A DNA stretch of 64,000 nt from an uncultured Methanosarcinaceae archaeon (GCA_963733675.1 CAVTET010000001.1:512001-576000), one strand, 5' to 3'. Positions 1 to 17,010 are shown, numbered from the stretch's first letter. Notes: generated by a model not told the origin, from the sequence alone. Numbers and translations are program-made.

Positions 1-1
1 C

Positions 2-76
2 GACAGTAAATACAAAGATGATGAATTCTACGATTATTCAGATGCTGACTATGTCGGATCAAATTTTGGTGATTAA
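2..76 (+). CDS. rpoB2: C-terminal end of RNA polymerase subunit B'' (partial, runs off window start)
   Basis: Open frame [24 protein letters not shown] ending at TAA 74-76, directly upstream of rpoB'. The assignment rests on conserved gene order. Confidence 0.7.
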   Translation, partial: DSKYKDDEFYDYSDADYVGSNFGD

Positions 77-90
77 GGGATCGATGCCAG

Positions 91-1905
91 ATGACTAAAG
101 CAAAAGTATTCATAAACGGAGAGCTTGTTGGGATCCATGATAACCCGGCAGAACTCGTAAATGATGTCCGCAAGATGAGACAGCAGGGGTTCATATCCAG
201 ACAGGTAAACATAGCTCTTAACGATAACACTAGGGAAGTAATTATAAACTCTGATATGGGCAGAGCAAGAAGGCCTATGGTAGTTGTGGAAAATGGAGTT
301 TCAAAGGTAACTGAAGAACATATACAGAAACTGAAGAACAAGGACATCAACTTTGATGATCTTGTAAAAGAAGGCTGTATAGATTATCTCGATGCCGAAG
401 AGGAAGTAAATGCTTACATTGCACTCTATGAAGCTGACGTTACCCCCAGGCATACTCATATTGAAATCGACCCTGAACTTATGCTAGGGATTTGCACAGG
501 GATGGTTCCTTATCCAGAACATAATGCATCACCTCGTAATACCATGGGTGCAGCTATGATAAAGCAGTGTATAGGGGTTTCTACAGCAAATCAGAAACTC
601 AGACCCGATACCCGTGCCCATGTTCTTCACTACCCTCAGAGGGCACTTACAAAGACCAGAACCTCTGAAGCGATAGGTTTTGATGAAAGGCCTGCAGGCC
701 AGAACTTCGTGGTTGCAATCCTTTCTTATGAAGGATATAATATTGAAGATGCCCTAATTTTCAACAAGGGTTCTATCGACAGAGGACTCGGAAGGAGTCA
801 TTTTCTCAGGACTTTCGAAGGAGAAGAAAGAAGGTATCCAGGAGGACAGGAAGACAAATTTGAGATTCCTGACTCTGAGTATCGCGGTGCTCGCAGTTCT
901 GATGCATATGCAAACCTTGATGTCGATGGGCTTGTAAATCCTGAAACTCCGGTTGGCCCCAACGATGTGCTGATCGGAAAGACCAGCCCCCCAAGATTCC
1001 TTGAAGAACCTTCTGACTTCGGGATTGCAGTCGAACAGAGAAGAGAAAGTTCAATCACAATGAGATCAAATGAAACCGGGATTGTAGATACTGTCATTCT
1101 AACTGAATCCATTAATGGAACCCGTCTTGCCAAAGTAAAGGTGAGAGACGAAAGAATTCCTGATATAGGGGACAAGTTCGCTTCAAGACACGGACAAAAA
1201 GGAGTTATCGGGCTGAAGGTGCCGATTGCAGACATGCCCTTTACTGAATATGGCCTGACTCCGGATCTGATGATTAATCCGCATGCAATTCCTTCCCGTA
1301 TGACTGTAGGACACGTACTGGAAATGATTGGAGGAAAGGTTGGCTCAATGGAAGGTAGAAGAGTTAATGCAACCGCCTTCTCAGGAGAAAAAGAAGATGA
1401 TCTGAGAGAAGCTTTAAAGGAGCACGGATTCGCACACACTGGAAAAGAAGTTTTCTATGATGGAGCAACAGGCAGGATGATACCTGCAGATGTCTTCGTT
1501 GGTGTAATCCTTTACCAGAAACTACACCACATGGTTACCTCTAAGATGCACGCCAGGTCCCGCGGTCCAGTACAGGTGCTTACTCGTCAGCCAACCGAAG
1601 GTAGAGCTAGAGAGGGCGGTCTCAGATTCGGTGAAATGGAGCGTGATGTGTTGGTAGGACACGGAGCTGCAATGTCCTTAAAAGAGAGACTACTAGATGA
1701 GTCTGACAAGGTAGTGGAACTTGTTTGCTCTCACTGCGGGATGATTGCAACATTTGACAAGCAACGGAATGTCGCTTTCTGTTCTGCATGTGGTGCTGAC
1801 ACAGATATATACCCAGTAGAAATGAGTTATGCATTCAAGTTGCTTCTGGATGAAATAAAATCCCTTGGGGTTGCTCCCAGGCTTAATCTTGAAGATGCAG
1901 TGTGA
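91..1905 (+). CDS. rpoB1: DNA-directed RNA polymerase subunit B'
   Basis: Motifs [35 protein letters not shown] and a C-terminal Zn finger (CSHC...CSAC). Confidence 0.98.
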   Translation: MTKAKVFINGELVGIHDNPAELVNDVRKMRQQGFISRQVNIALNDNTREVIINSDMGRARRPMVVVENGVSKVTEEHIQKLKNKDINFDDLVKEGCIDYLDAEEEVNAYIALYEADVTPRHTHIEIDPELMLGICTGMVPYPEHNASPRNTMGAAMIKQCIGVSTANQKLRPDTRAHVLHYPQRALTKTRTSEAIGFDERPAGQNFVVAILSYEGYNIEDALIFNKGSIDRGLGRSHFLRTFEGEERRYPGGQEDKFEIPDSEYRGARSSDAYANLDVDGLVNPETPVGPNDVLIGKTSPPRFLEEPSDFGIAVEQRRESSITMRSNETGIVDTVILTESINGTRLAKVKVRDERIPDIGDKFASRHGQKGVIGLKVPIADMPFTEYGLTPDLMINPHAIPSRMTVGHVLEMIGGKVGSMEGRRVNATAFSGEKEDDLREALKEHGFAHTGKEVFYDGATGRMIPADVFVGVILYQKLHHMVTSKMHARSRGPVQVLTRQPTEGRAREGGLRFGEMERDVLVGHGAAMSLKERLLDESDKVVELVCSHCGMIATFDKQRNVAFCSACGADTDIYPVEMSYAFKLLLDEIKSLGVAPRLNLEDAV

Positions 1906-1913
1906 GGTAGAAG

Positions 1914-4556
1914 ATGGCAAACGTACCTCCGATTCCGAAAAGAATTTCTTCGATTAAATTCGGTTTAATGTCTCCAAAAGAGATCCGTAAGATGAGTGCA
2001 ACGCCCGTTATCACAGCAGATACTTACGATGACGATGGATTTCCAATTGACATGGGGCTCATGGACACAAAACTAGGTGTTATTGACCCCGGACTTCGTT
2101 GTAAGACTTGTTCAGGCCGAGCGGGTGAGTGTCCAGGACACTTTGGGCATATAGAACTTGTTGCCCCTGTCATTCACGTTGGCTTTAACAAAGTTATCAG
2201 AAAGCTCCTTCGAGCAACCTGTCGAAAATGTAGCAAGCTTTTGCTTGAACCTGTACAGAAACAGAAATTTATGGATCTGCTTATCGGTATTGAGGAAATT
2301 AGACATATGCCCGATGACCTTATCAACGAAGCATATAAAGAAGCCAGTAAAGTAAAGACCTGTTCTTATTGCAATGAGGAACAGCTCGAAATCAAATTCG
2401 AAAAACCAAGTGAATATCTTGAAAACGGAGAAAAATTGACTCCAACTGAGATAAGGGATCGCTTCGAAAATATCCCTGATGAGGACATAATGGTTATCGG
2501 AATGGATCCTAAGAATGCGAGGCCGGAATGGATGATTCTTACTGTCTTGCCGGTTCCTCCTGTTACAGTAAGGCCCTCGATTACCCTTGAATCAGGACAA
2601 CGCAGTGAAGACGATCTGACCCACAAACTGGTCGATATTATAAGGATCAATCAACGTTTCCAGGAAAACAGGGAAGCTGGTGCCCCTCAGCTCATAATTG
2701 AAGACCTATGGGAACTCCTTCAGTATCATGTTACTACATTCTTTGACAATTCGGTCTCAGGGATACCCCCTGCAAGGCATAGATCAGGCAGACCCTTAAA
2801 AACCCTTTCCCAGCGTTTAAAGGGTAAAGAAGGACGTTTCAGAGGAAGTTTATCAGGTAAACGTGTTAATTTCTCTGCCCGTACGGTGATATCCCCGGAT
2901 CCCAATCTTAGTATTAACGAAGTCGGTGTCCCACTACCGATTGCACGAATTCTGACAATGCCATCCGTGGTGACGCCCCGAAATGTCGAACAGCTTAAAG
3001 TCTATGTGCGAAACGGTGAGGATATACACCCAGGAGCAAACTATGTACTGCGTGCTGATGGAAGACGCATAAAGGTAACCAATGTAAACAAAGATGATCT
3101 TGCTGAGAAGCTGGAATTCGGATGGGTAGTGGAACGCCAGTTGAAAGATGGAGATACAGTACTTTTTAATAGGCAGCCTTCTTTGCACAAGATGAGCATC
3201 ATGGCTCATTCTGTAAAGGTGCTTCCAAACAAGACTTTCAGACTGAACCCCGCAGTATGTCCCCCATATAATGCTGATTTTGACGGGGACGAAATGAATA
3301 TGCATGCCCTACAGACAGAAGAATCTAGGGCTGAAGCAAAGATCCTCATGCAGGTTCAAGAAAACATCCTTTCCCCGCGTTTTGGTGGTCCAATTATTGG
3401 TGGAATTCACGACCACATCTCAGGGCTTTTTTTGCTGACTCGTTTCGAAAATCATATCTTTCGCCATGAAGCTTATGATATTCTCCGGAAGAGCAATGCC
3501 CCAAATTTGCCTAAAGCTGCAGGCTACGATAACGACGGGAAACCTTACTGGACAGGAAAACAGATATTCAGCCAGATACTGCCCGAAAATCTGAATGTAC
3601 ATTTTTCAGCCCAAGTATGCGCACACTGTGATACCTGCAAAAAAGAAGGATGTCCACATGATGCCTATGTGGTAATCCGGAATGGTGAACTCCTTATGGG
3701 CACAATAGACGAAGCAGCTATAGGGGCCTTCAAAGGAAAAATCCAGGACCGTATTATCAAAGAAATCGGACCTGAAGCTGGAGCTCGCTTTATAGATGAT
3801 ATGACAAAGCTTGCAATTCGGGCGATAATGCGAACAGGCCTGAGTTTCGGAATAGCTGACGAAGATATTCCAAAAGAAGCCAGAATCCAGATTAATGAGG
3901 TCCTTGGAAAAGCCGAAGAAGCTGTACAGAACCTTATAAAATCTTACCAAAATAAGGAGCTTGAATCCCTACCTGGCAGAACACTTGATGAGACAATTGA
4001 GATGAGCATCATGCAGAAGCTTGGGAAAGCCAGAGATGAAACTGGTGGAATTGCAGACAGTCATATGGGACTAGAAAACTCAGCAGTTATCATGGCCCGC
4101 TCTGGAGCCAGAGGTTCCATCCTAAACCTTACTCAGATGGCGGCCTGTGTCGGTCAGCAGGCAGTACGTGGAGAACGTATCCGTAGAGGATATGCTGGCA
4201 GAACTCTGCCTCACTTCGAAGAGGGAGATTTGGGATCTGACGCCCATGGATTCGTAAAGGCAAGCTATAAAAGCGGATTAAGCCCGACTGAATACTTCTT
4301 CCACGCAATAGGTGGTAGAGAAGGACTTGTAGACACTGCGGTCAGGACGTCTCAGTCAGGATATCTGCAGAGAAGACTTGTCAATGCCCTACAGGATCTT
4401 GAAGTCCAGTATGACCTTACCGTCAGGGATACCAGAGGTGTGCTTGTACAGTTCAAGTACGGAGAAGACGGGATTAACTCCACAAAAAGTGATTTCAGCA
4501 AGCCTGATACTATCCACAAAATTGTACGTTCCGTGTTGAATAGGGAGGTGACATGA
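1914..4556 (+). CDS. rpoA1: DNA-directed RNA polymerase subunit A'
   Basis: Catalytic NADFDGD motif, [26 protein letters not shown]. Confidence 0.98.
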   Translation: MANVPPIPKRISSIKFGLMSPKEIRKMSATPVITADTYDDDGFPIDMGLMDTKLGVIDPGLRCKTCSGRAGECPGHFGHIELVAPVIHVGFNKVIRKLLRATCRKCSKLLLEPVQKQKFMDLLIGIEEIRHMPDDLINEAYKEASKVKTCSYCNEEQLEIKFEKPSEYLENGEKLTPTEIRDRFENIPDEDIMVIGMDPKNARPEWMILTVLPVPPVTVRPSITLESGQRSEDDLTHKLVDIIRINQRFQENREAGAPQLIIEDLWELLQYHVTTFFDNSVSGIPPARHRSGRPLKTLSQRLKGKEGRFRGSLSGKRVNFSARTVISPDPNLSINEVGVPLPIARILTMPSVVTPRNVEQLKVYVRNGEDIHPGANYVLRADGRRIKVTNVNKDDLAEKLEFGWVVERQLKDGDTVLFNRQPSLHKMSIMAHSVKVLPNKTFRLNPAVCPPYNADFDGDEMNMHALQTEESRAEAKILMQVQENILSPRFGGPIIGGIHDHISGLFLLTRFENHIFRHEAYDILRKSNAPNLPKAAGYDNDGKPYWTGKQIFSQILPENLNVHFSAQVCAHCDTCKKEGCPHDAYVVIRNGELLMGTIDEAAIGAFKGKIQDRIIKEIGPEAGARFIDDMTKLAIRAIMRTGLSFGIADEDIPKEARIQINEVLGKAEEAVQNLIKSYQNKELESLPGRTLDETIEMSIMQKLGKARDETGGIADSHMGLENSAVIMARSGARGSILNLTQMAACVGQQAVRGERIRRGYAGRTLPHFEEGDLGSDAHGFVKASYKSGLSPTEYFFHAIGGREGLVDTAVRTSQSGYLQRRLVNALQDLEVQYDLTVRDTRGVLVQFKYGEDGINSTKSDFSKPDTIHKIVRSVLNREVT

Positions 4557-5752
4557 TGAGTATTAGTAAAGCTACAATCGATAGCATGATAAGAGATCTA
4601 CCGTTTCCTTCAAATGCCCTCACAGTGCTCAAGGACGATGTCATCGAAGCCGGAGTGAGTAAAAAGGAAATGGAAGAGATTATAGAAAAGATAATGGAAG
4701 AATATGAGGTATCATGCATCGAGCCCTGTGATGCTGCAGGCGTGATTGCAGCACAGTCCATAGGAGAGCCAGGTACTCAGATGACCATGCGTACTTTCCA
4801 CTACGCAGGTGTGGCTGAGATTAATGTCACTCTCGGCCTTCCGCGACTTATAGAAATTGTAGATGCCCGAAAAATTCCTAGCACTCCGATGATGACAATT
4901 GCTCTCTCAAAAGAATATCCTGAAGATTACGCTTATGATCGGGAAAAAACAAGAGCTCTTGCCTGGGAAATTGAAGCTACAAAAATAGATCACATCGCTG
5001 ACGTGACAACTGATCTTTCCCAGATGAAACTGATAATAGACCTGCACGAGAAAGCGATGGAAAGCAGAAACATTACTATAGAACAGGTAAAGGAGAAATT
5101 CAACGAAGAACTGAATGTGATGGTCACTATATCTTCTGCTATTGATAATCAAATTATTATCGCCCCCGAAGAACCCTCTTACAGAGAACTTCTCCAGCTT
5201 GCAAAAAGTATCCATAGTGTCACCCTGAAAGGAATAGAGGGAATCAAGCGAGTGGTGGTTCGAAAGGAAGGAGAGGAGTATACTCTATATACCGAAGGTT
5301 CAGCTCTAAATGATGTGTTTCAGTTCGAAGGAGTGGACAAGACAAGAACAAGCACAAATAATATTAACGAAATTTATGAAGTTTTAGGAGTGGAAGCTGC
5401 AAGAAATGCAATTATCAAGGAAGCCACAGATACTCTGCGTGAACAGGGTCTTACAGTGGATATCCGACATATAATGCTTGTAGCAGACCTCATGACATGC
5501 GACGGAGAAGTAAAACAGATCGGGAGACATGGTATATCAGGTGAAAAGGCCAGCGTATTTGCACGCGCAGCTTTCGAAGTGACTGTTAACCACTTATTGG
5601 ATGCAGGAATGCGCGGAGATGTGGACAAGCTGGAAGGTGTCACCGAAAATATTATCGTTGGTCAGCCTATCCGCATGGGTACAGGCGATGTGCATCTCAT
5701 AAGCAGAAGGAAAGAAGAAGCAGAAATGAAACTAGAAGTAGAAGATGAATGA
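4553..5752 (+). CDS. rpoA2: DNA-directed RNA polymerase subunit A''
   Basis: [40 protein letters not shown] motifs. Confidence 0.98.
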   Translation: MMSISKATIDSMIRDLPFPSNALTVLKDDVIEAGVSKKEMEEIIEKIMEEYEVSCIEPCDAAGVIAAQSIGEPGTQMTMRTFHYAGVAEINVTLGLPRLIEIVDARKIPSTPMMTIALSKEYPEDYAYDREKTRALAWEIEATKIDHIADVTTDLSQMKLIIDLHEKAMESRNITIEQVKEKFNEELNVMVTISSAIDNQIIIAPEEPSYRELLQLAKSIHSVTLKGIEGIKRVVVRKEGEEYTLYTEGSALNDVFQFEGVDKTRTSTNNINEIYEVLGVEAARNAIIKEATDTLREQGLTVDIRHIMLVADLMTCDGEVKQIGRHGISGEKASVFARAAFEVTVNHLLDAGMRGDVDKLEGVTENIIVGQPIRMGTGDVHLISRRKEEAEMKLEVEDE

Positions 5753-6076
5753 AGGTTCTAAAAAAGCTTGAATTCTAACCTATAATTATTTAATGTATAA
5801 CCTGATAGAATACCAGCCCATATCAATTTACATTATTCTCTGAAATTAATTAAAATCCTGTTGCAAAAAATGGAGTATTAGATGCTTATAACCAGAAAAT
5901 AAATATAAGGCATAAGGTATTTAAAGTACCATATAATCGCTGATACTAGATATCTTACTAATAATAAAATAGAGTAATTAGCTAATTTGTGATAAAATCG
6001 ATGAAAATTAAGATCTTTCAAGCAAAAAGTAAAAAATAGCTCCGTAAACTAGCTAATTTGAGACAGAGTTGATGAA

Positions 6077-6367
6077 ATGAAAATTAATGTTGATAAATCT
6101 CTTATCAAGGCTGTGAAAACAGGAAAAGTAATCTTTGGAGCCAATCGGACCGTGGAGGCAGCAGCAAATGGCTCGGCAAAAATTGTGATCCTGGCATCAA
6201 ACTGCCCTGAAGATATTAAAAAAAAAAGTCAGGAAACAAATGTTCCGATCATGGAATATGAAGGCACAAGTGTGGAACTAGGGCCCGTTTGCGGTAAGCC
6301 CTTTACGATCGCAGCCATGGCAATTCTCGATGTAGGAGAATCGGATATTCTGGCAGCTACAGTTTGA
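6077..6367 (+). CDS. rpl30e: 50S ribosomal protein L30e
   Basis: [22 protein letters not shown] motifs; conserved position after rpoA2. Confidence 0.95.
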   Translation: MKINVDKSLIKAVKTGKVIFGANRTVEAAANGSAKIVILASNCPEDIKKKSQETNVPIMEYEGTSVELGPVCGKPFTIAAMAILDVGESDILAATV

Positions 6368-6386
6368 TGAAGGAGTTGGCAACGTC

Positions 6387-6812
6387 TTGGGTGAAATAAG
6401 ACTTACCACAGAAAGCATCCAGTACATTGCATTATTTGAAAATATGACGAAGGCCAAGATTCTTGACTGTATATTGGAAGAGGAAAGGCTCGTCTATGTC
6501 GTAAAACAGGGTGATATGGGGCTTGCGATAGGCAAAAATGGTGAAAATATAAATCGCGTTAAAAAAGTCCTAGACAAGCTTATAGAGCTTATTGAATATT
6601 CAGATGATCCTATAATCTTTCTAAAGAATGCCTTCGGTCCTGTGTCCTTGAATTCGGTAAACATTATTATCAAAAATGATAAGCGATTAGCTTATGCCGA
6701 GGTCCCCAATAAAGAAAAGGGGCTTGCAATAGGTCGCAATGGCAAGAATATCGAGAAGGTAAAAATGCTTGCTCGTCGCCATCATAACATAGAAGATGTA
6801 ATCCTGCAGTAA
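6387..6812 (+). CDS. nusA: Archaeal NusA-like transcription factor (KH domains)
   Basis: Two GLAIG(K/R)NG KH motifs; TTG start after GGAG; conserved gene order. Confidence 0.93.
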   Translation: MGEIRLTTESIQYIALFENMTKAKILDCILEEERLVYVVKQGDMGLAIGKNGENINRVKKVLDKLIELIEYSDDPIIFLKNAFGPVSLNSVNIIIKNDKRLAYAEVPNKEKGLAIGRNGKNIEKVKMLARRHHNIEDVILQ

Positions 6813-6887
6813 TCTGCATTATTTACGTTTGATCCATTAATCAGGTGTTGAAGTACAATATGGCATTGAATGCCTTACTAAAAATAG

Positions 6888-7912
<1,025 letters not shown>

Positions 7913-7984
7913 TTAATTATGCGATTTGCCTAGATTTAAGAAAATACTAGATCACAAAATTATTTTTGTTTAAAAGGTATCAGC

Positions 7985-10177
7985 ATGGGAAGAAGGAAAA
8001 AAATGGTCGAGCGCGTTACAACGCTTATGAATGAACCAGAAAAAATCAGAAACATCGGGATAGTCGCGCATATTGACCACGGAAAAACGACATTATCGGA
8101 TAACCTGCTAGCAGGCGCCGGCATGATTTCCAAAGAGCTTGCTGGAAGGCAGTTATTCATGGATTCCGATGAAGAGGAACAATCCAGGGGAATAACAATT
8201 GATGCTTCCAACGTTTCTATGGTTCACACTTTCGATAATGAAGACTACCTTATCAACTTGATCGACACTCCTGGACATGTTGACTTTGGGGGAGACGTCA
8301 CACGTGCCATGAGAGCTGTGGACGGTGCAGTTGTGGTCGTAGACGCCGTAGAAGGTACGATGCCACAGACCGAAACAGTGCTGAGGCAGGCACTCAGAGA
8401 ACATGTAAGACCTGTGCTTTTTATTAATAAGGTGGATAGACTGATCAATGAGCTGCAAGTTGATTCCCAGGAAATGCAGGTTCGTCTTGGAAAAGTCATT
8501 GATCACGTGAACAAGCTCATCAAAAACATGAACCCAGATAAATTCAAGTCAGGTTGGAAAGTCGATGCCTCAGAAGGGACTGTAGGTTTTGGATCAGCTC
8601 TTTACAACTGGGCTATCAGTGTGCCTATGATGAAGAAGACCGGGATTTCCTTTAAGGAAGTATATGAATGTTGTAAAGTAGGAGACATGAAATCCCTGGC
8701 AGAAAAGTGTCCTCTACACGAAGCTGTCCTTGATATGGTTATTAGGTTCCTACCTAACCCTCTTGATGCACAAAAATTAAGGGTGCCGGTTATCTGGCAT
8801 GGAGATGCTAATACTGAGATAGGCAAATCCATGGCCAATGCGAATGCAGATGGAGATCTTGCTTTCATGGTTACAGACATTTCCGTTGACCCTCATGCAG
8901 GAGAAGTCGCAACCGGAAGACTGTTCAGCGGATCTCTCACCCGTGGAATGGAAGTTTATACATCCGGGACCGCAAAAAAGAGCAGGGTACAGCAAGTAGG
9001 CATATTCATGGGCCCTGAAAGGCTCGAAGTGGAAAAAATCCCTGCAGGCAATATTGCAGCAGTCACGGGCTTAAAAGATGCAGTTGTAGGTTCTACAGTA
9101 ACAACACTTGACAGCATGATACCTTTCGAAAGTATCAGGCATGTAAGCGAACCTGTGGTGACTGTGGCTGTGGAAGCCAAGCACACCAAAGATCTGCCTA
9201 AGCTTATTGAGGTTCTTAGGCAGGTCGCAAAAGAAGATCCGACTCTTCAGATTACCCTTGATGAGGAAACAGGGGAACACCTTATGGCAGGAATGGGAGA
9301 ACTTCATCTAGAAGTCATCGCCCACAGAATTCAGAGAGATAAGAATGTTGAAATTACCACGAGTAAACCGATTGTAGTCTACAGGGAAACCATAAAAAGG
9401 AAGATTGAATCCGTAGAAGGAAAATCCCCTAACAGGCATAACAGATTTTATATCTATGTGGAACCCCTTGACACTGAGATTGTCAGCCTCATCAAGTCAG
9501 GAGATATCAGCATGAATCTGCCCGAACTTGAACGCCGACAGAAGCTCATGAAACTCGGAATGGACAAAGATGAAGCAAAGGGCATTGCTGGAATTTTTAA
9601 TTCCAATATCTTCATAGATATGACCAAGGGAATTCAGTACCTGAACGAGACAATGGAACTGGTTCTAGATGGGTTCGAAGAAGTTATGCGAGCAGGTCCT
9701 CTGACGAGGGAACCTGTGGCAAATGTGAAATGCGTACTCGTAGATGCAAAACTTCACGAGGATGCAATCCACAGGGGTCCAGCTCAGGTTATTCCCGCTG
9801 CAAGACAGGCAATCCAGGCTGGCATGCTTATGGCAGAGGACAGTTTGCTTGAACCTTATCAGAAAGTCTTTGTTCAGGTGCCCCAGCTCACAATGGGTGG
9901 TGCAACAAAGGAATTGCAAGGCCGGCGCGGAATTATCCTTAATATGACCACTGAAGGAGACCTCGCAATTATCGAGTCCAGAGTGCCTGTCGCTGAAATG
10001 TTCGGATTTGCCGGAGAAATCAGGTCTGCAACCGAAGGACGTGCTATGTGGAGCACTGAATTTGGTGGCTTCGATATATTACCATCTAGTATCCAGACAG
10101 AAGTGGTAGGCCAGATCAGAGAGAGAAAAGGCCTCAAGAAGGAACTTCCAAAAGTCACTGACTTCCTTTCAATTTAA
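7985..10177 (+). CDS. fusA: Elongation factor EF-2
   Basis: [23 protein letters not shown] motifs and the LHEDAIHRG diphthamide loop. Confidence 0.98.
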   Translation: MGRRKKMVERVTTLMNEPEKIRNIGIVAHIDHGKTTLSDNLLAGAGMISKELAGRQLFMDSDEEEQSRGITIDASNVSMVHTFDNEDYLINLIDTPGHVDFGGDVTRAMRAVDGAVVVVDAVEGTMPQTETVLRQALREHVRPVLFINKVDRLINELQVDSQEMQVRLGKVIDHVNKLIKNMNPDKFKSGWKVDASEGTVGFGSALYNWAISVPMMKKTGISFKEVYECCKVGDMKSLAEKCPLHEAVLDMVIRFLPNPLDAQKLRVPVIWHGDANTEIGKSMANANADGDLAFMVTDISVDPHAGEVATGRLFSGSLTRGMEVYTSGTAKKSRVQQVGIFMGPERLEVEKIPAGNIAAVTGLKDAVVGSTVTTLDSMIPFESIRHVSEPVVTVAVEAKHTKDLPKLIEVLRQVAKEDPTLQITLDEETGEHLMAGMGELHLEVIAHRIQRDKNVEITTSKPIVVYRETIKRKIESVEGKSPNRHNRFYIYVEPLDTEIVSLIKSGDISMNLPELERRQKLMKLGMDKDEAKGIAGIFNSNIFIDMTKGIQYLNETMELVLDGFEEVMRAGPLTREPVANVKCVLVDAKLHEDAIHRGPAQVIPAARQAIQAGMLMAEDSLLEPYQKVFVQVPQLTMGGATKELQGRRGIILNMTTEGDLAIIESRVPVAEMFGFAGEIRSATEGRAMWSTEFGGFDILPSSIQTEVVGQIRERKGLKKELPKVTDFLSI

Positions 10178-10522
10178 GTAAGCGAAATTTCCCGTTTCTT
10201 CTTAATATTTTTAAGGTAATATCCACTTTACGTTGAATGGAATTAAATTTTGACCGATCTGAAAGGGAAAAGAATCTCTATCAGTTTGAGGATAAAGCCA
10301 ATCGGAAAGCTTTAAGACAATGTATGCCTATATTGGGGAAAACAGTCCAGGTTGTTGGATATTAATAAAAGATTGACTCAATGAAAAAGGGAAATTAACA
10401 ATATTGATTTCATAAAAAAATATATAAACTGATGCATCAATAGTGAGATTTGGCCTAATATTAATATAGTAAATATTTGATATACGGTTGAAACTCATCT
10501 AGAATTACAGGAGAATTATAAT

Positions 10523-12138
<1,616 letters not shown>

Positions 12139-12659
12139 ACTTCAAAAAAGACGGGCTACAGAAATCATCTGTAACTGGTCTTGTAAACTTCTTTTTCATT
12201 TCGGCATATTGTCATATCATATTTTGTAACCTCAATATATATCTTAATAAATTCGAGATAATTTTCCGTTTAGAAGCTCTCGCAAGCTAGACATTTCTGG
12301 AAATACTTTCGAGTTCTTACCGCCTTTTCAAAGAATGTTGAAACGAACTATTTTTACTTGAGCAATTTCAATGCGTTCTTGCAAGTTGCTACAGCAGGTA
12401 CTCTTGAAGTAATAACTATGGCATCCATAAATTTTATTATTTCTTTCTTGGTAAGTCCATTTTTGAGTTTTAAAAGCGATTTTTTCCTACTTTGGTAGGT
12501 TCTTCACATTCATATATAATATTTATGTAACCATTCATCCTGAAAGAAACAGAATCAATTGCAATCTTACTAAGATTCAATGAGCAAATTTCGGTAGGTT
12601 CATTTTATTTAACCGTCGACTATTGATTATATATTTTATTTTTTCATCAATCAATAATC

Positions 12660-13070
12660 AGGAGTACGTATTGCATCAAAATAGATATCTGCCAACTGAT
12701 TATGAGTAAGCTGAACATTTCAATCAGTAAGTTAGTTATGGTTCTCTGGGAAATTTCCGGAGGGAAATTCGATAAATGCATTTTTTCCCAAGTTCAAAGT
12801 CTGAAAGACAAGCAATTGCTGCAAAACAAACATTTTAAACATGATGATTACTTTAGCTTCAGGTTGGCCTCAGTAAAATATTTTGTGAAAAACATATGGA
12901 CTCCAAAATGACACGAAAAGATTTCAAATCAATTAAGGAATCAATTTCAAAAAATTTATCTCCAAATGACTGAAGACGTTTTTATTCTTTTTTAAGAGCA
13001 AAATCAGTAGAAGTTTTCCTAGTAAAAATTATTGTTAAAAATCTTAAATTATCAAATATTCAAATGCATA
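12660..13070 (-). mobile_element. IS5-family transposase remnant (5' part), copy 1
   Basis: Aligns by eye with 16250-16547 and 29750-29860. The minus strand reads ...DFALK...LSDFELGK..., like Methanosarcina IS5 transposases; many stops and indels. Confidence 0.65.
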
Positions 13071-14051
13071 TCATTACACTATTAAAAATCGATTTTTAAA
13101 ACAGTATTTTCTACGCTTAAAGTCACTCAAAATTTTATAATCATGGAAACCGCAGAAAATGCGGGGAAAAGGCTCCTAAATTTTCTTTTCTCCCTATTTT
13201 CTGTGCTTCTAGTGGTTTACTTCTAAGTTAAGATTATTAAAGGATGAAATGAATGCATTTTTCTCATTTTATAATGTATTGATTTTTGATTTTGAAATTC
13301 TAATCTAAAAGGAGGTAGCGTTCTCATCAAAAAAAAGCAAGGAATTTCGGACGATATTCAATAGACTCACTTTTTTTAGGTTGGGGAGAGGTGCTAAGGC
13401 ATTTTTTTTATTTATGAATTTCGAATTTCTCTTTCGATCTCTTAACCGTCGAGTAGTTCTCTAGTAGGTGTTGCTTGCTAGTGGGTGTTAAAGAGATGAG
13501 AACGTAATTTATACTACTCTGTCATCATATATAATATTTTTAACACTTAATATTATTTTACCAAACTCTCGTTAGTGTACCTAGCTAACTTAATTTATGG
13601 ATATAATGTTATATTATCGCAATGAATTCCATATTTAATATTTCAGAGATATCAAGATACCGTAGCTCAATCAAGCAACTGTTTATATATTAATCTTTCA
13701 TCCAAAAAAGATTCTCAGAATCACAAATATTAGTAGATAAGATTTTGCAGGCTGAAAATATTAAGAATAGATGCCTTACTAAAGGTTTCTAACTTTTAGG
13801 AGACTTTAGGAAAAGTAAGGAAAGGGTAATATTCCCAGATCACGAAAAACTATCTGAATATAATAGTCAAAAAGCAGACTCAAACTAAGAATAGACAAAG
13901 GGATGGACTTCAGAATGCATTCTACATTAACTGGAAAGCACTATATCTAAATATGGACAAATTTCTTTTTGGAAATTTCATATTCCAAAAGCTACATTTT
14001 GAAAAAGTAGTCTTCGAAATCTTTATATCCGATTTCTTTTTTTAAGTAATC

Positions 14052-15233
14052 ATGATACTAAATGTTCCTCATATTCTTCTTCCCAATAATAATTTGGAAA
14101 AATGGGCAGTAATTGCTTGTGATCAACATACTCAGGATATAGAATACTGGAAAAGGGTTGAGGAATTTGTCGGGAATAGTCCTTCTACTTTTAATCTTAT
14201 TTGTCCAGAAATATATCTTCCTCTTGATGAAAAAAGATTGAATAACATTCATAAAGCTAGTCATGATTACAAAAAAATTCTTGTTGACCATGGATCTTGT
14301 TTTATCCTTGTAAAACGTTCTTTTGACAGCAAAGAAAGAATCGGTCTTGTGGTTGCAATTGATTTGGATGAGTACGAATTTGATGGATCTGATTCGTTGA
14401 TCCGACCAACTGAAGGGACAATTAAAGAAAGGCTTCCTGCAAGAGTCAGGATCAGAGAAAATTCGGAGTTAGAGCTTTCCCATATTTTGGTATTATATAA
14501 TGATCCAGATTTTTCTGTTATTCCCAAAGATACAGATGATACAATTTATGAAGTTAATAAGATTTATGATTTTGATCTAATGGAAAATGGTGGCCATATC
14601 ATCGGCTATAAGATATACGACGAAAAAATAATTAAAGAAATTTCCAATAAAGTTAACAACTTTGGAATGTTTCTTGTTGGTGATGGAAACCACAGCCTTG
14701 CTGCAGCAAAAAATTTCTGGGAAAAAATTAAAGGAACTGTACCTAACTTTCATCCTGCAAGATACGCATTAGTAGAACTTGTGAATATCCATGATCCAGG
14801 GCTTTCATTTGAACCAATTCATAGAGTTGTAATAGGAGTTAAGCCTGACGAACTGCTCAAAAAGTTCAATGCAAAGATTATAGAATCTCCCTGTCACACA
14901 TTTTATAATTCTTCAGTTGATAGCCATTCAATTGGATTTGTTACTAAAAACAAATGCGGGAAGCTTATTTTGGATACCGTCGGTTATGATCTGGAGGTTG
15001 AAACTCTTGATGCGGTGATTGATAATTGCTCTATTGAATATGAGCATGATCCTGAAATTGTAGAAAAGATTGGGAAAAAACAGGGTAATATTGGTTTCTT
15101 TCTCCCACCCTTAAAAAAGAGCGAATTTTATCCTCTTATAATAGAGAAGGGGATCCTTCCGAGAAAGTCATTTTCTCTTGGAAAAGAAAATGAGAAAAGA
15201 TATTATGTAGAGGCCAGAAAAATTGTTTTATAA
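14052..15233 (+). CDS. DUF1015 family protein
   Basis: WAVIACDQ, IRPTEGTI.ERLP.R, VGDGNHSLAAAK, LPRKSFSLG motifs. Confidence 0.85.
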   Translation: MILNVPHILLPNNNLEKWAVIACDQHTQDIEYWKRVEEFVGNSPSTFNLICPEIYLPLDEKRLNNIHKASHDYKKILVDHGSCFILVKRSFDSKERIGLVVAIDLDEYEFDGSDSLIRPTEGTIKERLPARVRIRENSELELSHILVLYNDPDFSVIPKDTDDTIYEVNKIYDFDLMENGGHIIGYKIYDEKIIKEISNKVNNFGMFLVGDGNHSLAAAKNFWEKIKGTVPNFHPARYALVELVNIHDPGLSFEPIHRVVIGVKPDELLKKFNAKIIESPCHTFYNSSVDSHSIGFVTKNKCGKLILDTVGYDLEVETLDAVIDNCSIEYEHDPEIVEKIGKKQGNIGFFLPPLKKSEFYPLIIEKGILPRKSFSLGKENEKRYYVEARKIVL

Positions 15234-15649
15234 TTAATTTCACAACTTTTTTCAAAAATTAGTTAAATCATTTTGTCCAATTTCTTTATCTCCCCTTACT
15301 AAATTTTCCGCAATTTCTCATCCTTCGTATAAACGAATCCATGAGGTCGATTTTATAGAGTCAACTTACTAATTAATTACACATTTTATTTCAGTAGAAT
15401 ACCCTGGAGCATGATGCTGGGGTGAAAACTTCCCAGATAACCGTTATTAACTAACGAACTCAGTTTTTAAGTTACTTTTGTGGTATAAAGCAAAACTGTA
15501 AAGGATTTCGATTTATCTTTAATTTTTTTTCTTTGCGGAAATTCTGTCCACATCTTTCTTGCTGATTTCTGGACTGGACTTCATTTTTTCTTTTCGCATT
15601 CATTATTCATTTCTTTTAAGGATAGCTTTCCCTATCCCTAAGATACCCT

Positions 15650-16547
15650 TTTTATTTTCAATGTCATTAATTGATAGAGATTATAACAAAAACGGTACAC
15701 AACTTCTTTAGATTGACTCATTGAACAGTGGTGCAGGAATTTTTACTGCTTTGAATATCCTTTTAATTACTTAATAAAATAATTCCAATTAGGCTTTTTT
15801 TGAGCTGATCCTCTTGTTTCTTAATATATAATTCATCAATAGAGGATGCTCTTTTCATTGTTACATCATAACTTTTTGATTTTGCTCCAAAGTTTCTCCT
15901 ATCTCTACAAACAACTTCATTTTTCTGAGAAATCTACCTGAGAATCATGACGTTAGAGGTTATTATTTTGAATCTTCTGACCAGCTCATAATCCCTTTCC
16001 ATATGCTATGAAATTTATACCCAAAGTGTAACACAACATTTTATTATATCCAGGTTCCATCCCTGCTTCTCTTTGTTTTTACTTAATTTTCTCGAGCTCT
16101 ATCCCTTTTGTATTTCAAAGATCTGAATGAATAAAAGTATAATTCTGAATCATCACCTATTTTCAAAAACGCAATCAAACTAGCCTTGTAACTGTCACCA
16201 CATTTTTTCTTCTTTTCAGTTATCAACAATTTCTTTTCTTAATGAACAAACAATACCCTGTTTCAAAAGTTCAAAATCTGAAAGATACAAAACAGTACTG
16301 TAAAATAAGCATTTTAAAAATAATTATACGTTAGCTACAGGTCTTTCTCAGGAAATTGTTTTGTTGAAATATATGGACTCAAAAGTAATAAAAAAATTTT
16401 TAATCAATTAAGAAATCAATTATTAGCAAGCTTGTTTCCAACTGACTGAAAAATTGTGTATTCTTACTTAAGAGCAAAATCAGCAAGAATTTTCATGAGT
16501 AAAAATTATTGATAAAAAAGTTTAACTCTCCAATAATCTAATGCATA
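15650..16547 (-). mobile_element. IS5-family transposase pseudogene, copy 2 (near full length)
   Basis: Minus-strand fragments MKILADFALK*, LSDFEL, KRSRDGTW, HFGYKFHS, RDYELVRRFK, HDSQVD, FGAKSKSYDVTMKR, with many frameshifts. Confidence 0.8.
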
Positions 16548-16559
16548 GGAGGTTCTAGA

Positions 16560-17010
16560 AATACTCTATGAAATTTTAGCTGAATTATTATCTGTCCATA
16601 TCAAAGCAGCAGCTGAGATGAATTGGGATGCGCTCCTTGCCATGATGCACCTACACAAGAATAAAATTAGTTTAAATATTATGTAGATGTTGTAAAATAT
16701 ACATAAAGAATCGGCATCGAACTTGGTACAGCTATAATCAAACCAAAATACATAGTAAGCCTCTAAAAGTTTAAAGAAGTGTTTGCTGTATGCCCGGTAT
16801 CTGTGATCATTGCAGGTGAGCCAAATGAGAATCTGAAAATAAGTTGTTGGACCTGATTGAATTATCTTCCAAATACTGTAGGCAAGATGTCGCAACACGA
16901 AGAATTTTCCCCATGCAAAAGACTGTATAGATTTGGTTAAAAGAATTCCAAAAATCGTTTATGAGTTTTTGAGCATAGAAAAATTGATGAGGATAGCTAA
17001 GTAAATCGAA
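16560..17010 (+). pseudogene. Class I aldolase (DhnA / ADH-synthase family) C-terminal remnant
   Basis: Fragments LLAMM, RIGIELGTAIIKPKY (family: RIGAELGADIIKTNY) and FKEVFAVCPVSVIIAGEP; the 5' end is lost at the IS5 boundary. Confidence 0.7.
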